Shown here: piece by piece, positions 32,972 through 44,192 of the stretch
Layout: each line of letters starts with the position of its first letter
Position numbering within the stretch: position 1 is the first letter of the stretch
Assembly: GCA_964019425.1 (NCBI GenBank)
Contig: OZ025799.1
Span: forward strand, 124,001 to 188,000
Direction of reading: 5' to 3'
Source: Flectonema sp. DT1601
Taxonomy: Eukaryota
DNA: 64,000 nt
Notes under the pieces: generated by a model
Databases searched by the model: none
What the model was told of the DNA's origin: nothing
Seen by the model: only the letters and a program-made list of their open reading frames with translations
Made by a program: the position numbers and the translations under genes

Positions 32972-35059
32972 CTACGTTTCGCAATCAGGCTCACAGTGTT
33001 TAGTTTCGTTGTTTTCCGCAATTGAATTCACTGCTTTTTTGGTAACCGCGACGTAGGTTTTCCCAACAATATAAATAACACCCATAGTGACCAATCCAAC
33101 AATCAGAACAATCTGAACATCATTCGAGTCATTTGGGAATAGGCGTTTAATATTTTCAACTCCGCTCGCCATTTGAGCGATAGCAATTATCACAACTGAA
33201 ATACCAAACAGAACGTGTCCCCATCCCCAGTACTTTCTGTATTGAGATTCCCCGCCTGGCCTGACAAGACCACTCAGTACTTGAATCCACCCAATTACTA
33301 ATAAAGTAATTCCAAGTTCTTTATGTCCATAGTCCACTCTGTTATTAAAGTCTGACAAGGCAAAAGAAGCGAAAACAGTAGTAAAACACATCGCCATAAC
33401 CATCATGAACATGTGGATTAATACCGGTATTGGATACCCAAACACTTCTCTCTTACACACCAAAGCCCCAAGAACCTTAATAATAACTGACAAAGGAACC
33501 CAGTATGCCCAAACCGCCACCATAATGCTACCGTGAGTGTGAGCATCGATAAAGCCATCGTTAACGACAACAACTTGTGGGACGTCAGTAACAACAACAA
33601 CAACAGCAGCACTTCCTTCAACGTATCCAATAACTGCATTGTTTGACAAGACATTCTTTAAAGAACTATCGATAGCTTCTTTTGTGATGCTACCATTTTC
33701 ATTATTAATTATAATCAAAATCACTTTCCAATTTCCTCTCACCAGAGTAGTAACAGATCTTTGAGTAACAGCAGTGCCATCACATTTCAAACAATTACTT
33801 CCCTGACACAACATATCGCAACGAGCATTTCCACCTAATGATGAAGAAGCGGCAGCTACCAACGTTTCTATCTGAGTTACCAGATCACTCAACTCAGCTA
33901 CAACTTCAAAATTAATGCTGTTTTCAGCAGGACGCGTAACTTCAGGCTCAGGTGGTGGCGTAACTACAGGCTCAGTTGGCGGCGAAACTACAGGCTCAGT
34001 TGGTGGCAGAACTTGAGGTGGTTCCCTGAAATTCACGATCACACTTCCTGCCGTAGTATGCTTGCTAACAGGAAATTCCATTTCAGATGAATGGAAAGCA
34101 AAGTTCACAGGTGCGGCAGCTATAAGAAACGCTGTGTGGACGTAGAATCTCAGAATGCGCATATCGTTTACGATCTCCGTAGACGGACTCTGAATGGTAG
34201 AAGGAGTAAATGACTGCCTCGAAATAATTCCACCTGCTGTCCTTTCATGGAACGCGTAGATGCTCGCATCAGTGGCACTGGTCGTAGCGACACCAAGTGC
34301 TGGGACCATGGACCCCGGAATTTCGGGAAACGACACCGAAAACCATCCGTTAACAGATGTCGTCGTAGCAGCAACACCTGCTCTCTGGAGATGAAAAGGT
34401 AATCCCTGAATTACTTCTACTTGATCCCAGTGGAGGGTTACATCTGGCGATAAAGCTGACATGCAGTCGTAAGTTGTGCTTTCTGTCTTGAACAGAGTTG
34501 AAGCCGTGCAAGTTGGAACAAGGGCTGGTTCTGTAACTACAACACGAGGTTCCACGAAAGAAACAGCCACGCTTCCTACCGAAGTATGCTTGCTAACAGG
34601 AAATTCCATTTCAGATGAATGGAAAGCGAAGTTCACTGCAGTGGCAGAATACATAAAATCCGAGTTGATGCGGAATCTCAGAAAACGCATCCCGTTCGCA
34701 ATCTCCGTCGTTGGGTTGTGAAACAACCGAGACGATACCGAAGTGATTCCAGCTGCTGTCCTTTCACTAAACGAGAAGATGCCCGTTGTAGTGGCACCGG
34801 TTGTAGCGACACCAATTGCTGGGAACATGGAACCCAAATTTCTAGGAAATGATATTGAAAACCATCCGGTGACCGATGTAGTCGTAGCCACAAATTGCGC
34901 TTGGCCAAATATTTCACGAATCCAGTGGATGGTTACTTCCGACGACAAATTCATCATGCAGTCGTAAGGGATTCCCGCTTCAACTAAAGTTGAAGGTGTG
35001 CATTGTGAACTAACAACACCCAATAAAGGAAGCAACATAAAGAGACTGAGTAATCTCAT
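32972..35059 (-). CDS. Short DOMON-cytochrome b561 paralog (signal peptide, 2 DOMON domains, cytochrome b561; 695 aa)
   Basis: Nearly identical to the N-terminal unit and the C-terminus of 20360-30211, with only ~3 minisatellite units. All four b561 His are retained. Confidence 0.9.
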   Translation of the reverse strand: MRLLSLFMLLPLLGVVSSQCTPSTLVEAGIPYDCMMNLSSEVTIHWIREIFGQAQFVATTTSVTGWFSISFPRNLGSMFPAIGVATTGATTTGIFSFSERTAAGITSVSSRLFHNPTTEIANGMRFLRFRINSDFMYSATAVNFAFHSSEMEFPVSKHTSVGSVAVSFVEPRVVVTEPALVPTCTASTLFKTESTTYDCMSALSPDVTLHWDQVEVIQGLPFHLQRAGVAATTTSVNGWFSVSFPEIPGSMVPALGVATTSATDASIYAFHERTAGGIISRQSFTPSTIQSPSTEIVNDMRILRFYVHTAFLIAAAPVNFAFHSSEMEFPVSKHTTAGSVIVNFREPPQVLPPTEPVVSPPTEPVVTPPPEPEVTRPAENSINFEVVAELSDLVTQIETLVAAASSSLGGNARCDMLCQGSNCLKCDGTAVTQRSVTTLVRGNWKVILIIINNENGSITKEAIDSSLKNVLSNNAVIGYVEGSAAVVVVVTDVPQVVVVNDGFIDAHTHGSIMVAVWAYWVPLSVIIKVLGALVCKREVFGYPIPVLIHMFMMVMAMCFTTVFASFALSDFNNRVDYGHKELGITLLVIGWIQVLSGLVRPGGESQYRKYWGWGHVLFGISVVIIAIAQMASGVENIKRLFPNDSNDVQIVLIVGLVTMGVIYIVGKTYVAVTKKAVNSIAENNETKHCEPDCET

Positions 35060-36088
35060 GGTTTATATTTAACTGTTGAATAAATGAATTAAAATAAGTG
35101 ACTTTATAGAAATCTAAATGTACAAAGAATAGTTGAATAGTATTGTAACTAAATAGTATGAAGTTAGAAAAAGATTATAGTTCCCGACGAGAAGGATAAA
35201 ATCAAACTCGTCTAATTTTACTATTTTACTTTTTGAGATCAAAGAACGTGTAAAGTTATTTAGAATTGAGTTTGTTATAAAGAAGTGAAACCAAATTATG
35301 AAAAGAAACACCAAAACAACACTGCCGCCGCTTTTCCAAATTGTTGATGCTTGGATCACTGCACATCTTCAATGCGGAATGCCTTCCATCATCTCTTCCA
35401 CGTCACCACAGATCTCCATCCATCCCCTCGGCCAGCTTCCTCGAACTAGCGCGGAACATTCGCTCTTGCCCCTGCTAGTTCAGCAAGTTTGAACGAGTTC
35501 GCAGCAAGAACTGCCCAGCAGCTGAAATCAACTGAATCAAACGCGGCAACGAAACAGAAAGCGTCCACTGGTAGAACCCAGCGCATCAAGAGGCCGAAGT
35601 AGATAATCACCCACCACATTCAGAAGCATTACAAACCTGTAAACGTGGTTGATGCATTTTCTCCACCGCAACTCCCCATCCCGTAGTTCTTCTCACATTT
35701 CTATTTTATTGAAAAGAATGAAATGAACGATAAACTTATTAATACTTATTTCCATACCATGGTGGAATTGTCGCACATATTGCAGATAAGTCCGAAAAAC
35801 CTGTTGTGAATGATTTATAAAATAATTTCAAACGTCACCTACTTTATTATGTGTCGCCATTCAGAACAGTACAATGAGTGAAACGTTGACAATGTAGCTC
35901 GGCAGAACATTTAAGCTTTAATATAAGTATCTGACAGGGGGTAATTTGATACTGTATTTTAAAGCTGCGGGAGGTGAAAAAATGATCTCAAATCAGGACT
36001 ATAATTTTTTTTTTTTGATAATTTAAAAACTGTGTAAGTGTGACTTTACTAGAAAGTATACTCTCATAGAAATGAGGAAAAAAAAAAG

Positions 36089-38308
36089 TTAGTCAGATTT
36101 AATAAATAAAAATCCTCCCCTTGAAAGTAGTACTTCTTCAATCTGTTTTAAAGATGTCAATGGTATGGCGTGGTTGTTATCGATTGAGAGTTTTGATAAA
36201 TTAGCGACAGCGAGTGACACAAGAGGAGTTACCGCTGGTGATTTAATGTCATTTCCTATCAGGTTAATTTCAGATATGGAGGATGAGATTAGAGATGAGA
36301 GAAGACGAGAGAGGTGTTGAGGTCGTAGAGCTAAGTGTTTTAACGACAAACATGTCACCGAATGACATCTCACAATAACTGATGAAACAACAAGAAGATG
36401 TTTCATTCCCAGATACCCGTCTTCTATTGAAACTATTCTAACTTGTGATAACGGACAGTTAACATTCGGAACCACAGCATTCTCTGAAATCAAAATCTTT
36501 GGTATGATTATTTTATTCTTCTTGCATAACATTTCAACCATTTCCCTGTATGTGAGGTTTATTTTCTTATTTGCTGCAAACCCACCTTCGTTTAATTTAA
36601 TATCTTTTGACTTAACAACTCTACCGATCCTCTCCTCAGCTTCTCTGTTATGAATTACTGCTGACTTAAGTTTACCAACAGTTCGACTACCGAATAAGCT
36701 ACTTGGAATATCCATTGGTTGCTGTGGTTGGTTTCTGAAAGGTTCATAGTAAAGAAGAACATTCGTTAGTTGAGTGTTGCTGCAGATTTTTGAGATATCG
36801 ATTGATGTGAAACTATTATTGTTTTGTTTAGTAGGTGTGGCTCCCATCCTTAGCAATGCTTTTACAAGACGCATTTCAAAATCAGGACACTGAGATCTAC
36901 GTGCCGCATAGTGTAATGGAGTATTATGATTTGAATCAAACGCATTCACTTGAAGAACATTAGCAAACTTCACGCAGGTTTCAATCACCCGATCCGCTGT
37001 ACCAAAAGCAGCGGCATGGTGCAGAGGAGTTCTACTGCTGTGGTCTAGTTCGTTTGGGTTTAGGGACATCTTCCCAATTAAAAAATCAAAAAGATCTTCG
37101 AACCCCCCAACCAAAGCACAGTGAACAGCAGTTCCACCTCCATCGTCTCTTTGCATTAAAATAGACCTTCCGTAGATTCCGACTAGTAAGAGTAAAATAT
37201 CTTTTTTCTTAATCATTAATAAGGGATCATCATCACTGCAATACGACCAATGAAATTGACATCTTGGATGAGGTATTTCAATCACTGTACGAACTAAATC
37301 ATCTGGTCTTCTTTGAAACATATCACTCTGATCTCGAGAGGTTCCTTTACGAGGACTCTTCGATGAATTCATGATATAAATTTCTTCTTTAACAATCGCG
37401 CATAAGATTCCAATGACACTCTGACGACCAATCTCTGCCGCATGTAGTATGTACTTGTTTAATGTTTGTATAAACTCTATTGATATATCTTTTTGACAAG
37501 GGTTGAGATCACTGCAATACTTACCTTCAATACCAGATTTTAATAATTTTATTAAGTTTGGAATAGAAGTATCCCAACCACGTGAAATATAATATTCGAC
37601 GATCGATAATTCAAAACCTCCCTCGTCAGAGTAAGGACAAGAAAAGAACTCTTTGTATTGATATTTTATTATTTCTTCAAAATCTTTTACACTGCCTTGT
37701 CCAGACTTTATTTGAAAAAGTATTTGTGAAGCAGACTGGATGGCTTCTTCTGTCGCAACAGTAATTTGTTCTTGTCGCAACTTCTGGTACTTATTTCGAG
37801 CGAGGTGTCCACGAACTAATTTTTGAATTTGAGTGGAGCAGGTTGCTATGTGATGTCGCTTTTCGAGTTGCTTTACTTGGTTGTGGTGACGTTGTTTTCG
37901 AATTCGGAGTTGTTTCCGAGCAAGAAAAGATCGAAAGCAGCGTTGGATAGTTGCGTATTGTGTCATCTTAGTTAGTGAAGAGAACACCTCAAGCATTGGG
38001 ATCACTTCAGACTGGGCATTTTGTTCTAATGATTGTCGTGCTGTCCCTTCTCTCTGAATTATTGCAGTTATCTTGTACTCAATGCACCCGTCAACACCAG
38101 AAACAGAAAATTTTATCGCTTTGATGCTTATTTCACTCTTTTGCTTTATAACTTCAAAGCCGCAGTCTTCATGGTCTTCGATTTCAGACCGTTGGAACTC
38201 TTGTCCAGTCTCAATTCCTTCACCTGTTGCAGATATCAGATTCTGAATTGTATCAAAGTGCTCGCATGACAACGATACAGAAAATAAGTCCTCAAGTACA
38301 GAAGACAT
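36089..38308 (-). CDS. IQ-motif, ankyrin-repeat and C-terminal LRR-like protein
   Basis: Likely start MSSVLEDL at 38308, with a CCCCTCAG acceptor 7 nt upstream. IQ motifs IQRCFRSFLARK and IQKLVRGHLARN; ankyrin motifs GGTAVHCA, RTPLHHAA, NTPLHYAA; LRR-like ISEINLIGNDI and LSKLSIDNN. Confidence 0.82.
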   Translation of the reverse strand: MSSVLEDLFSVSLSCEHFDTIQNLISATGEGIETGQEFQRSEIEDHEDCGFEVIKQKSEISIKAIKFSVSGVDGCIEYKITAIIQREGTARQSLEQNAQSEVIPMLEVFSSLTKMTQYATIQRCFRSFLARKQLRIRKQRHHNQVKQLEKRHHIATCSTQIQKLVRGHLARNKYQKLRQEQITVATEEAIQSASQILFQIKSGQGSVKDFEEIIKYQYKEFFSCPYSDEGGFELSIVEYYISRGWDTSIPNLIKLLKSGIEGKYCSDLNPCQKDISIEFIQTLNKYILHAAEIGRQSVIGILCAIVKEEIYIMNSSKSPRKGTSRDQSDMFQRRPDDLVRTVIEIPHPRCQFHWSYCSDDDPLLMIKKKDILLLLVGIYGRSILMQRDDGGGTAVHCALVGGFEDLFDFLIGKMSLNPNELDHSSRTPLHHAAAFGTADRVIETCVKFANVLQVNAFDSNHNTPLHYAARRSQCPDFEMRLVKALLRMGATPTKQNNNSFTSIDISKICSNTQLTNVLLYYEPFRNQPQQPMDIPSSLFGSRTVGKLKSAVIHNREAEERIGRVVKSKDIKLNEGGFAANKKINLTYREMVEMLCKKNKIIIPKILISENAVVPNVNCPLSQVRIVSIEDGYLGMKHLLVVSSVIVRCHSVTCLSLKHLALRPQHLSRLLSSLISSSISEINLIGNDIKSPAVTPLVSLAVANLSKLSIDNNHAIPLTSLKQIEEVLLSRGGFLFIKSD

Positions 38309-38466
38309 TACTCTACTGAGGGGTAATAAATAAATATAACTAAACTTATTAAAGACCCTTCCTTTCCACAGTCTCAAGTGTTAGTGATTATTTGAAGCAA
38401 CTGACTGACTCTAAAGTATTGTTGCGAGCTGGAAAGCAACGCATTACAGAAAATAACCAAATATTC

Positions 38467-39378
38467 TTACAGCTGAGTAAACTTAAGCAATACCAACACG
38501 AATTCAGAGAAGTTTAACTTAACTTCAGCACATTCAGGGGTTGTTGAGCGAAGAGCAGAATCGAATTCGGAATCAAAGAGAGAAAGGTGTCCCTTAAGTA
38601 GTTCAATCTCACTAGAGTTGATGAACCCACTGCCGTCAGTATCTAAAGAATCAAATAATGAACGAAGTACACGTTCGTCAGAACACACTTCGGGAGTCAG
38701 CGTTCCTCGAGGAAGATGCTTCCACTTTACGTCTTCTTTAGGCATCAATAAACCTTCAGAATCGAGACTTAGTGTATAATGTGATTCTTTTGCTTTTTGT
38801 TCTCTATCAAATATCCGACTTGCGAGATACAGAAAGGCAGTCTCACATCCAATCTTCCTCATCGCTGAAGTACTAAACAATCGAATGTTAAAACGCGAGC
38901 ACGTCGATTTTACTTCCTCAAAAAAAGGAAGGTTTTCAATTTCTACCAAATCACACTTTGTATAAACAAGTATAACAGAATCACAAGGAGGTGATTGCAA
39001 ATACCCACACACATATTTAAACGATTCTAAGTCACAGAAACACAAAACTAATCCAGAGAGCATACTTTGATGTTGTGATTGACTGTTAAAGGACTTGGGA
39101 ATCTCTTCGTAAATTACCATTTTAGTCTCTTCTGTGTATTCGTTGTCCTTCATTCTAGATATGTTTGTTTTAGCGAATATAGTTCCAACAGATTCCTTCA
39201 TTGGGATATCTGATACGAAACAATCGATTAAAGATGATTTTCCAACACCATCACCTCCAACCGTAAATATTTGATATGGATACCTTGTAACCTCACCAAC
39301 GTAATCCATTAAGTGATAAAAATGAATACCATGGCTGTGGTATTGTAATGATAAATCCTGTTGATTTGCGAGGGACAT
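38467..39378 (-). CDS. Divergent Ras/Rab-superfamily small GTPase fused to a C-terminal EF-hand
   Basis: P-loop GGDGVGKSS, G4-like TKCD and G5-like TSAM; no recognisable DxxG. EF-hand loop DTDGSGFINSSE. Confidence 0.8.
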   Translation of the reverse strand: MSLANQQDLSLQYHSHGIHFYHLMDYVGEVTRYPYQIFTVGGDGVGKSSLIDCFVSDIPMKESVGTIFAKTNISRMKDNEYTEETKMVIYEEIPKSFNSQSQHQSMLSGLVLCFCDLESFKYVCGYLQSPPCDSVILVYTKCDLVEIENLPFFEEVKSTCSRFNIRLFSTSAMRKIGCETAFLYLASRIFDREQKAKESHYTLSLDSEGLLMPKEDVKWKHLPRGTLTPEVCSDERVLRSLFDSLDTDGSGFINSSEIELLKGHLSLFDSEFDSALRSTTPECAEVKLNFSEFVLVLLKFTQL

Positions 39379-39452
39379 AGCGGTAGTTACTTCCTGTTAA
39401 ACAACATAGTCTAAAGGGAACTTTATTTTATCTTTTTCTTATTAGGGAAACT

Positions 39453-39506
39453 ACACATGTCATCAACTGTTTTGAACACAAACTTTTTAGAATTAAGTAT
39501 AGTGTC

Positions 39507-39538
<32 letters not shown>

Positions 39539-40502
39539 TATCTTTCATGCAGAACCAATGCAGTAGATACATCCTGTTGAAAGATAAATAAAATTGAACA
39601 TAATTGTTTTCACACTTGAGGTACATAATTCCATGCAACTAAGATAGTAAATATAAATTCTGACAGAGAAGTCTTTAGTAAGTTAGACATATTTTGATAA
39701 AAATGCAGTAGAATTTCTTAACGTTGATAACTTATGATTTTCTGATGTATTTCGAGAGGGGTCAGTAAAACGCAGATACGTAGCATTCAAGGAAGATCCT
39801 TGACGCAATCAGAAACGTAGAAAGGAAATCCAATAACATCAAGCATGCAAGACTAAATGATTAATACGTTGGATTAATTTTTTTCCATTTTTTTTTTTTC
39901 ATTTTTTTTTTGCCATTTGATGCCAACCAAAAAAAAAAAGGCAAATTACTGTAGAATCCGTTACAATTTTATTTTTATATTTTTTTTAAAATTAGAGAAA
40001 AAGCCACACTAGCTTGACACATGTCATCAACTGTTTTGAACACAAACTTTTTGGAATTTAGTATAATCTATAATAGTGTCAAAAAAACAAAAAAAATATT
40101 ATCTTTCATGCAGAACCAATGCAGTAGATACATCCTGTTGAAAGATAAATAAAATTGATTATAATTGTTTTCATGCTTGGGATACATAATTCCATGCAAC
40201 TGATAAATAGTAAAATATAAATTCTGACAGATGTCTTTGTAAGATTCACAAAGTTAAAAAGTGTGAATTGTTTACTAATCTATGATGCTTATCAATCACA
40301 AAACTAATCAAGTGACATTTTGATAAAAATGCAGTAGAATTTCTTAACGTTGATAACCTATGATTTTCTGACGTATATCAAGAGGGGTCAGTAAAACGCA
40401 GATACGTAGCATTCAAGGAAGATCCTTGACGCAATCAGAAACGTAGAAAGGAAATCCAATAACATCAAGCATGCAAGACTAAATGATTAATACGTTGGAT
40501 TA
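39453..40502. repeat. Non-coding direct duplication (39453-39876 and 40017-40502)
   Basis: acacatgtcatcaactgttttgaacaca...taatacgttggatta occurs twice. Copy 2 has ~60-70 bp of extra sequence near 40240-40310 and a shorter A-run. Confidence 0.9.
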
Positions 40503-40546
40503 TTTGCCATTAATGTTATGCCAAGTAAACTGATTTCCAAGAAATC

Positions 40547-40572
40547 TAGATAGATAGATAGATAGATAGATA
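40547..40572. repeat. (GATA)n microsatellite
   Basis: tagatagatagatagatagatagata read directly. Confidence 0.9.
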
Positions 40573-40949
40573 AGGAAATTCATTACATTGCGTACTGCGA
40601 AACGCCGATACAGCAAACTAAGGAGCATCGGGTTAACTCCCCTTGCCCTCTAAGCTACGAGGCAACAGCTACGTAAGTAGACCCTTGTTAGGATTGTTAT
40701 ATGAAAGCTTAAGCTAATGGGGCATCCTGAACACGGTATGCCACTGTTAGCTTTCCTCCTTTTTCCGATTATTGTCAGAAGTTGAAGATGTGAGGAAAAA
40801 TAAAATAAAAAAATTAACTTGGAAAGAAAAAAAATAAATGTGAGAAGAAAATGGGGGAAAAAACCGTCCCAACAAGTAAGCATTTCTCCACACGCACTAT
40901 AATAAATAAACTTTGCTTAAACTTAAGTTAGAGAAACAAAAAAAACAGG

Positions 40950-41861
40950 GGGTAGGGGGGGGTACATTCACCGATTTTACGGATATTTTGGCACATTTCT
41001 TTTCGGAGAACGAAGTTTTTAGGCAGCCAAATTATGAAAACTGCAACATACCCCCAAAAAAAGGGGATTGCAATCCAAAGAAACAGTTCTTTGGCACTTT
41101 AGAAAAAATCTTTGAAAATCTCAAAAGTGTGGACCGGTGGGAAATTTGATACGATACGAAAAGATTTATCTGGGAAGAATACTGCAGGTCTTTGCACAAA
41201 AAAAAAAAGTACTGTCACTATGAAACAGAAGGCGTTGAACATTGACTGGTTTCTCTGGTGGAAGGGGTGATAGTTTGCCAATGTAGAAACAGTAATAAAC
41301 CTTAATAGTACTAAAATAAGTATTAAGGTTAAACTGAAGAAATGACATATGATTAAGCTTCATTTTAGAATAGCAGCTAAATATCTCGCGCGTATCTTCC
41401 CCTTGACTGCTGTTGAGTAACTTCAGACACCTCAGTGTTTTCATGTACTCTTCAATGCCCCTCCGCAGAATGACTTTGCACGTTGCCCTGCAGAACGTCG
41501 TTTTCTGCTGCATTATCCTGCTCGTTAACCTCGGCCTCAAGCATTACCACGCGAGAGTGCTCTTTTTCGTGGCATGCACTTAGTGGAAACTGATGTGGAA
41601 ATGGTGTATTGGTGTGCCTGCGAGTCTGCAGGCACATCAATGTCACCTCTTTTCATTGTAAAATTTCTTTTAAAGGCGTAAAGGTACACTTTTTGAGTTT
41701 TTTCATTCCCTTGCCCAAATCAGCCAAAACCAGATTTTTTCGGCCCCTAATCACATGTTGGGGGTTCTGATGGGGTCCTGGGTAATTTTTGCCCCCGGAA
41801 AGGTTATATTTACCGAAATTCGAAAAAAGCACGTTATCGACAGCTTGTACCCACCCTACCC
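40950..41861. mobile_element. Putative non-autonomous DNA transposon relic with imperfect terminal inverted repeats
   Basis: Left end GGGTAGGGGGGGGTACA; right end reverse-complemented GGGTAGGGTGGGTACA. Loose inverted similarity continues to an AAAA.TCAAAA(A)GTGT motif ~170-190 bp in. No TSD or transposase recognised. Confidence 0.4.
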
Positions 41862-43052
41862 AGTAAATTGATACTGTATTGTCAAGCTCAAAGGAACAAC
41901 AATTTCTCAGACAATATTGACTGTTAGCGGCTGTTAGCGGCATCGCAGTAAATGACTGCAAACAAATAAATAATGCCACTGGAAGCCACTAGCGCCACTT
42001 AAACGTAGTTCAAGATGGCGAAACACGATTTAAAATATTTAAATATACTACTAACAAGAATCCTAAAACAAACAGGAAACGTGATGACCCGCATATACGG
42101 TCAACAGCCGGTAAGTCCCTCGCTACACTCCACTCCCCCCAGCTGTTAAACATAAATCAAAATGCCCTTCATGGCTAGTCACTATAATTAAACTCCCCGG
42201 GGGGCGACGGGATTGGAAATAAAAGAAAAGAAACATTGTCTTCGATCATGCCGCTCCAAAATTAAAAAAGGGTGAGCAGAACATCCTTATAATTCAGGGT
42301 GAAATTTGATACGATACGAAAAGATATATCTGGGAAGAATACTGCACTTCTTTGAACAAAAGGGTGAGGGGACACCACGCGGGAGCGGGGGAAAACGTAA
42401 TCAGTAACAAATGAATGTTTTTGGAAAAACGGTAAAACGCACACTTAGTACATCAACCTAAGCATTTGCGAGGGAGGTCGGGATGAGAATTGAATCAGCA
42501 AGCCACTACAAGAAACACCTCGCTTGAGGAAGCCCGATGTAACTTGTATTCTGAAGTCTAAGCTTTTTGATAAGAGAACAGTACAGCTATTGACACATGA
42601 AAATTATAAAATAATACGCGTGTCTGATGCAATTCAGGTTCAAGACTTTCCAAGATATATTCTGTGAGAATCACTTAATGAAACAAGAAAAAAAAAAAAA
42701 AAAAAAAAAAAAAACCGAATCTAAAACAAAAAAAAACCTGACTGCATATATAACAACTATTGGAGTTGAAAATCAACTTCCTTATAATTTTTTATTGATG
42801 TCACTGATGACAGATAGCCACGAGTACCTACAATATGTCAAAGAGATGACCTTTCGAGGAGGTCCGCTGTTTTGTACAATTATTAGTTTCACAAAAAGAT
42901 TGTATCAATGTGTATAAAACTAACTAATCAACAGAATCACTTCTGCAGATACGGGGAAAAGTTTAGTTGTCTTTCTAAGAAAGTATAATAGTTCCAGTGG
43001 TGCCGATCACCAATTTCATTTCATCTGAACTGTTCTCAATTTCTTTTCATAT

Positions 43053-44192
43053 TTATGCCTCTTCTGAATTCGGTCCAAATGATTCATTGTCGCAAACCAA
43101 CAATTTCGTCTCTTTATCACGTATCTTTTTTAATTTCCAAACTCGGTAGTTGTATAGTGAACAACCAATTATTACAATGACAGTTCCTACATTTGCCCAA
43201 ACAGGAGCAAAGTACGCATGGATAATAAGGTCAGCAATAACCGTGAGAGGAACAGTGAGAATGGTACTCACGCTTGTGAAGGTAGGATCAGTCAAACGAA
43301 TACAGATAAGCATGGCACCAGTGAAGATAGCATCAACGAATCCTGAAGAAACAGTCATGTGAGTTACATACTTGCTTGGTACTGTGAACTTCTCCGCACC
43401 TGAAATATGGCCTACAAATACCATAATTGGGCACCAAAAGACTGCCCATAAGCCACACATTCCACATAATCTTAAGCTGTTCATTTGAGGATGAGGATCT
43501 ACCTGAGAAGCGCCGTACTTCTTAACGGCAACTTGAAAAAGTGCGTACGTCAAAACAGATAATAAAAGTTGAAAGTACCCGAAAATATTCTGATCCACTC
43601 CCTTTTCAGATTCCGAGCTGTTGAAAACCGCGACCATCGCAGACCCACCAATCCCAAGAACAAGAGCAGTTATTTTTACGTAATCAATAACTTCCCCAAG
43701 AACACCCAACGAAAATACATAAACCCAAGCAGAACTTGTCTGGAAAATTGCAGAGTTTGCAGCAGCGTTTGTATGAGACAAAGAATAATACCAAGTGGCC
43801 CGACAGGTTATAGAAATTAAAGAAACCCAACCCGTAAGTATGAAGTACGACTTCCAGGAAAATGCTCCTCGATGATCCTTTTCTATATCTTTTGAAGCAG
43901 GTGTTACGAATGACGTGAGCCATTCACGTTCTCTACACACAGCCCATATACCCCAAGGTATAAAGCAATAAGCATAACTCATTGCTACCATGCTTACTAA
44001 TACTAATGTTCCATGGTATTGGTCTTCAACTCCCTGAAGTGCTTCTCCCATAAATACCCACGAAGCATTCATTAAAATAACCATCACGAATACTGATGTC
44101 CATCTCTTTGCTTCATTTGGTGATCGTGGAGATGAAACCGTTGGAGAGGTTGGCGGCATAGCATCTTGAATGTTTGAAGATTCATCAGCCAT
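43053..44192 (-). CDS. Drug/metabolite transporter (EamA / SLC35F-like)
   Basis: 379 aa with ~10 hydrophobic segments. Motifs WYYSLSHTNAAANSAIFQTSSAWVYVFS..LGE, LLSVLTYALFQV and LTDPTFTSVSTILTVP fit the SLC35F pattern. Confidence 0.85.
   Translation of the reverse strand: MADESSNIQDAMPPTSPTVSSPRSPNEAKRWTSVFVMVILMNASWVFMGEALQGVEDQYHGTLVLVSMVAMSYAYCFIPWGIWAVCREREWLTSFVTPASKDIEKDHRGAFSWKSYFILTGWVSLISITCRATWYYSLSHTNAAANSAIFQTSSAWVYVFSLGVLGEVIDYVKITALVLGIGGSAMVAVFNSSESEKGVDQNIFGYFQLLLSVLTYALFQVAVKKYGASQVDPHPQMNSLRLCGMCGLWAVFWCPIMVFVGHISGAEKFTVPSKYVTHMTVSSGFVDAIFTGAMLICIRLTDPTFTSVSTILTVPLTVIADLIIHAYFAPVWANVGTVIVIIGCSLYNYRVWKLKKIRDKETKLLVCDNESFGPNSEEA

Larger units (their letters stand above)
18585..36045. 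repeat. Tandem segmental duplication: copy A 18585-31197, copy B 31197-36045
   Basis: 18585-~21350 aligns with 31197-~33960 (initial offset 12612), and ~29160-31197 aligns with ~34010-36045. At the junction tatgac-T-cgatt, one T is shared by both ends. Confidence 0.92.

Noticed and set aside
38309..38377. N-terminal extensions of track ORFs (also 50802-50888)
   Set aside because: They run through the pyrimidine-rich YAG acceptor upstream of a better in-frame ATG, so they are probably not in the mature mRNA.
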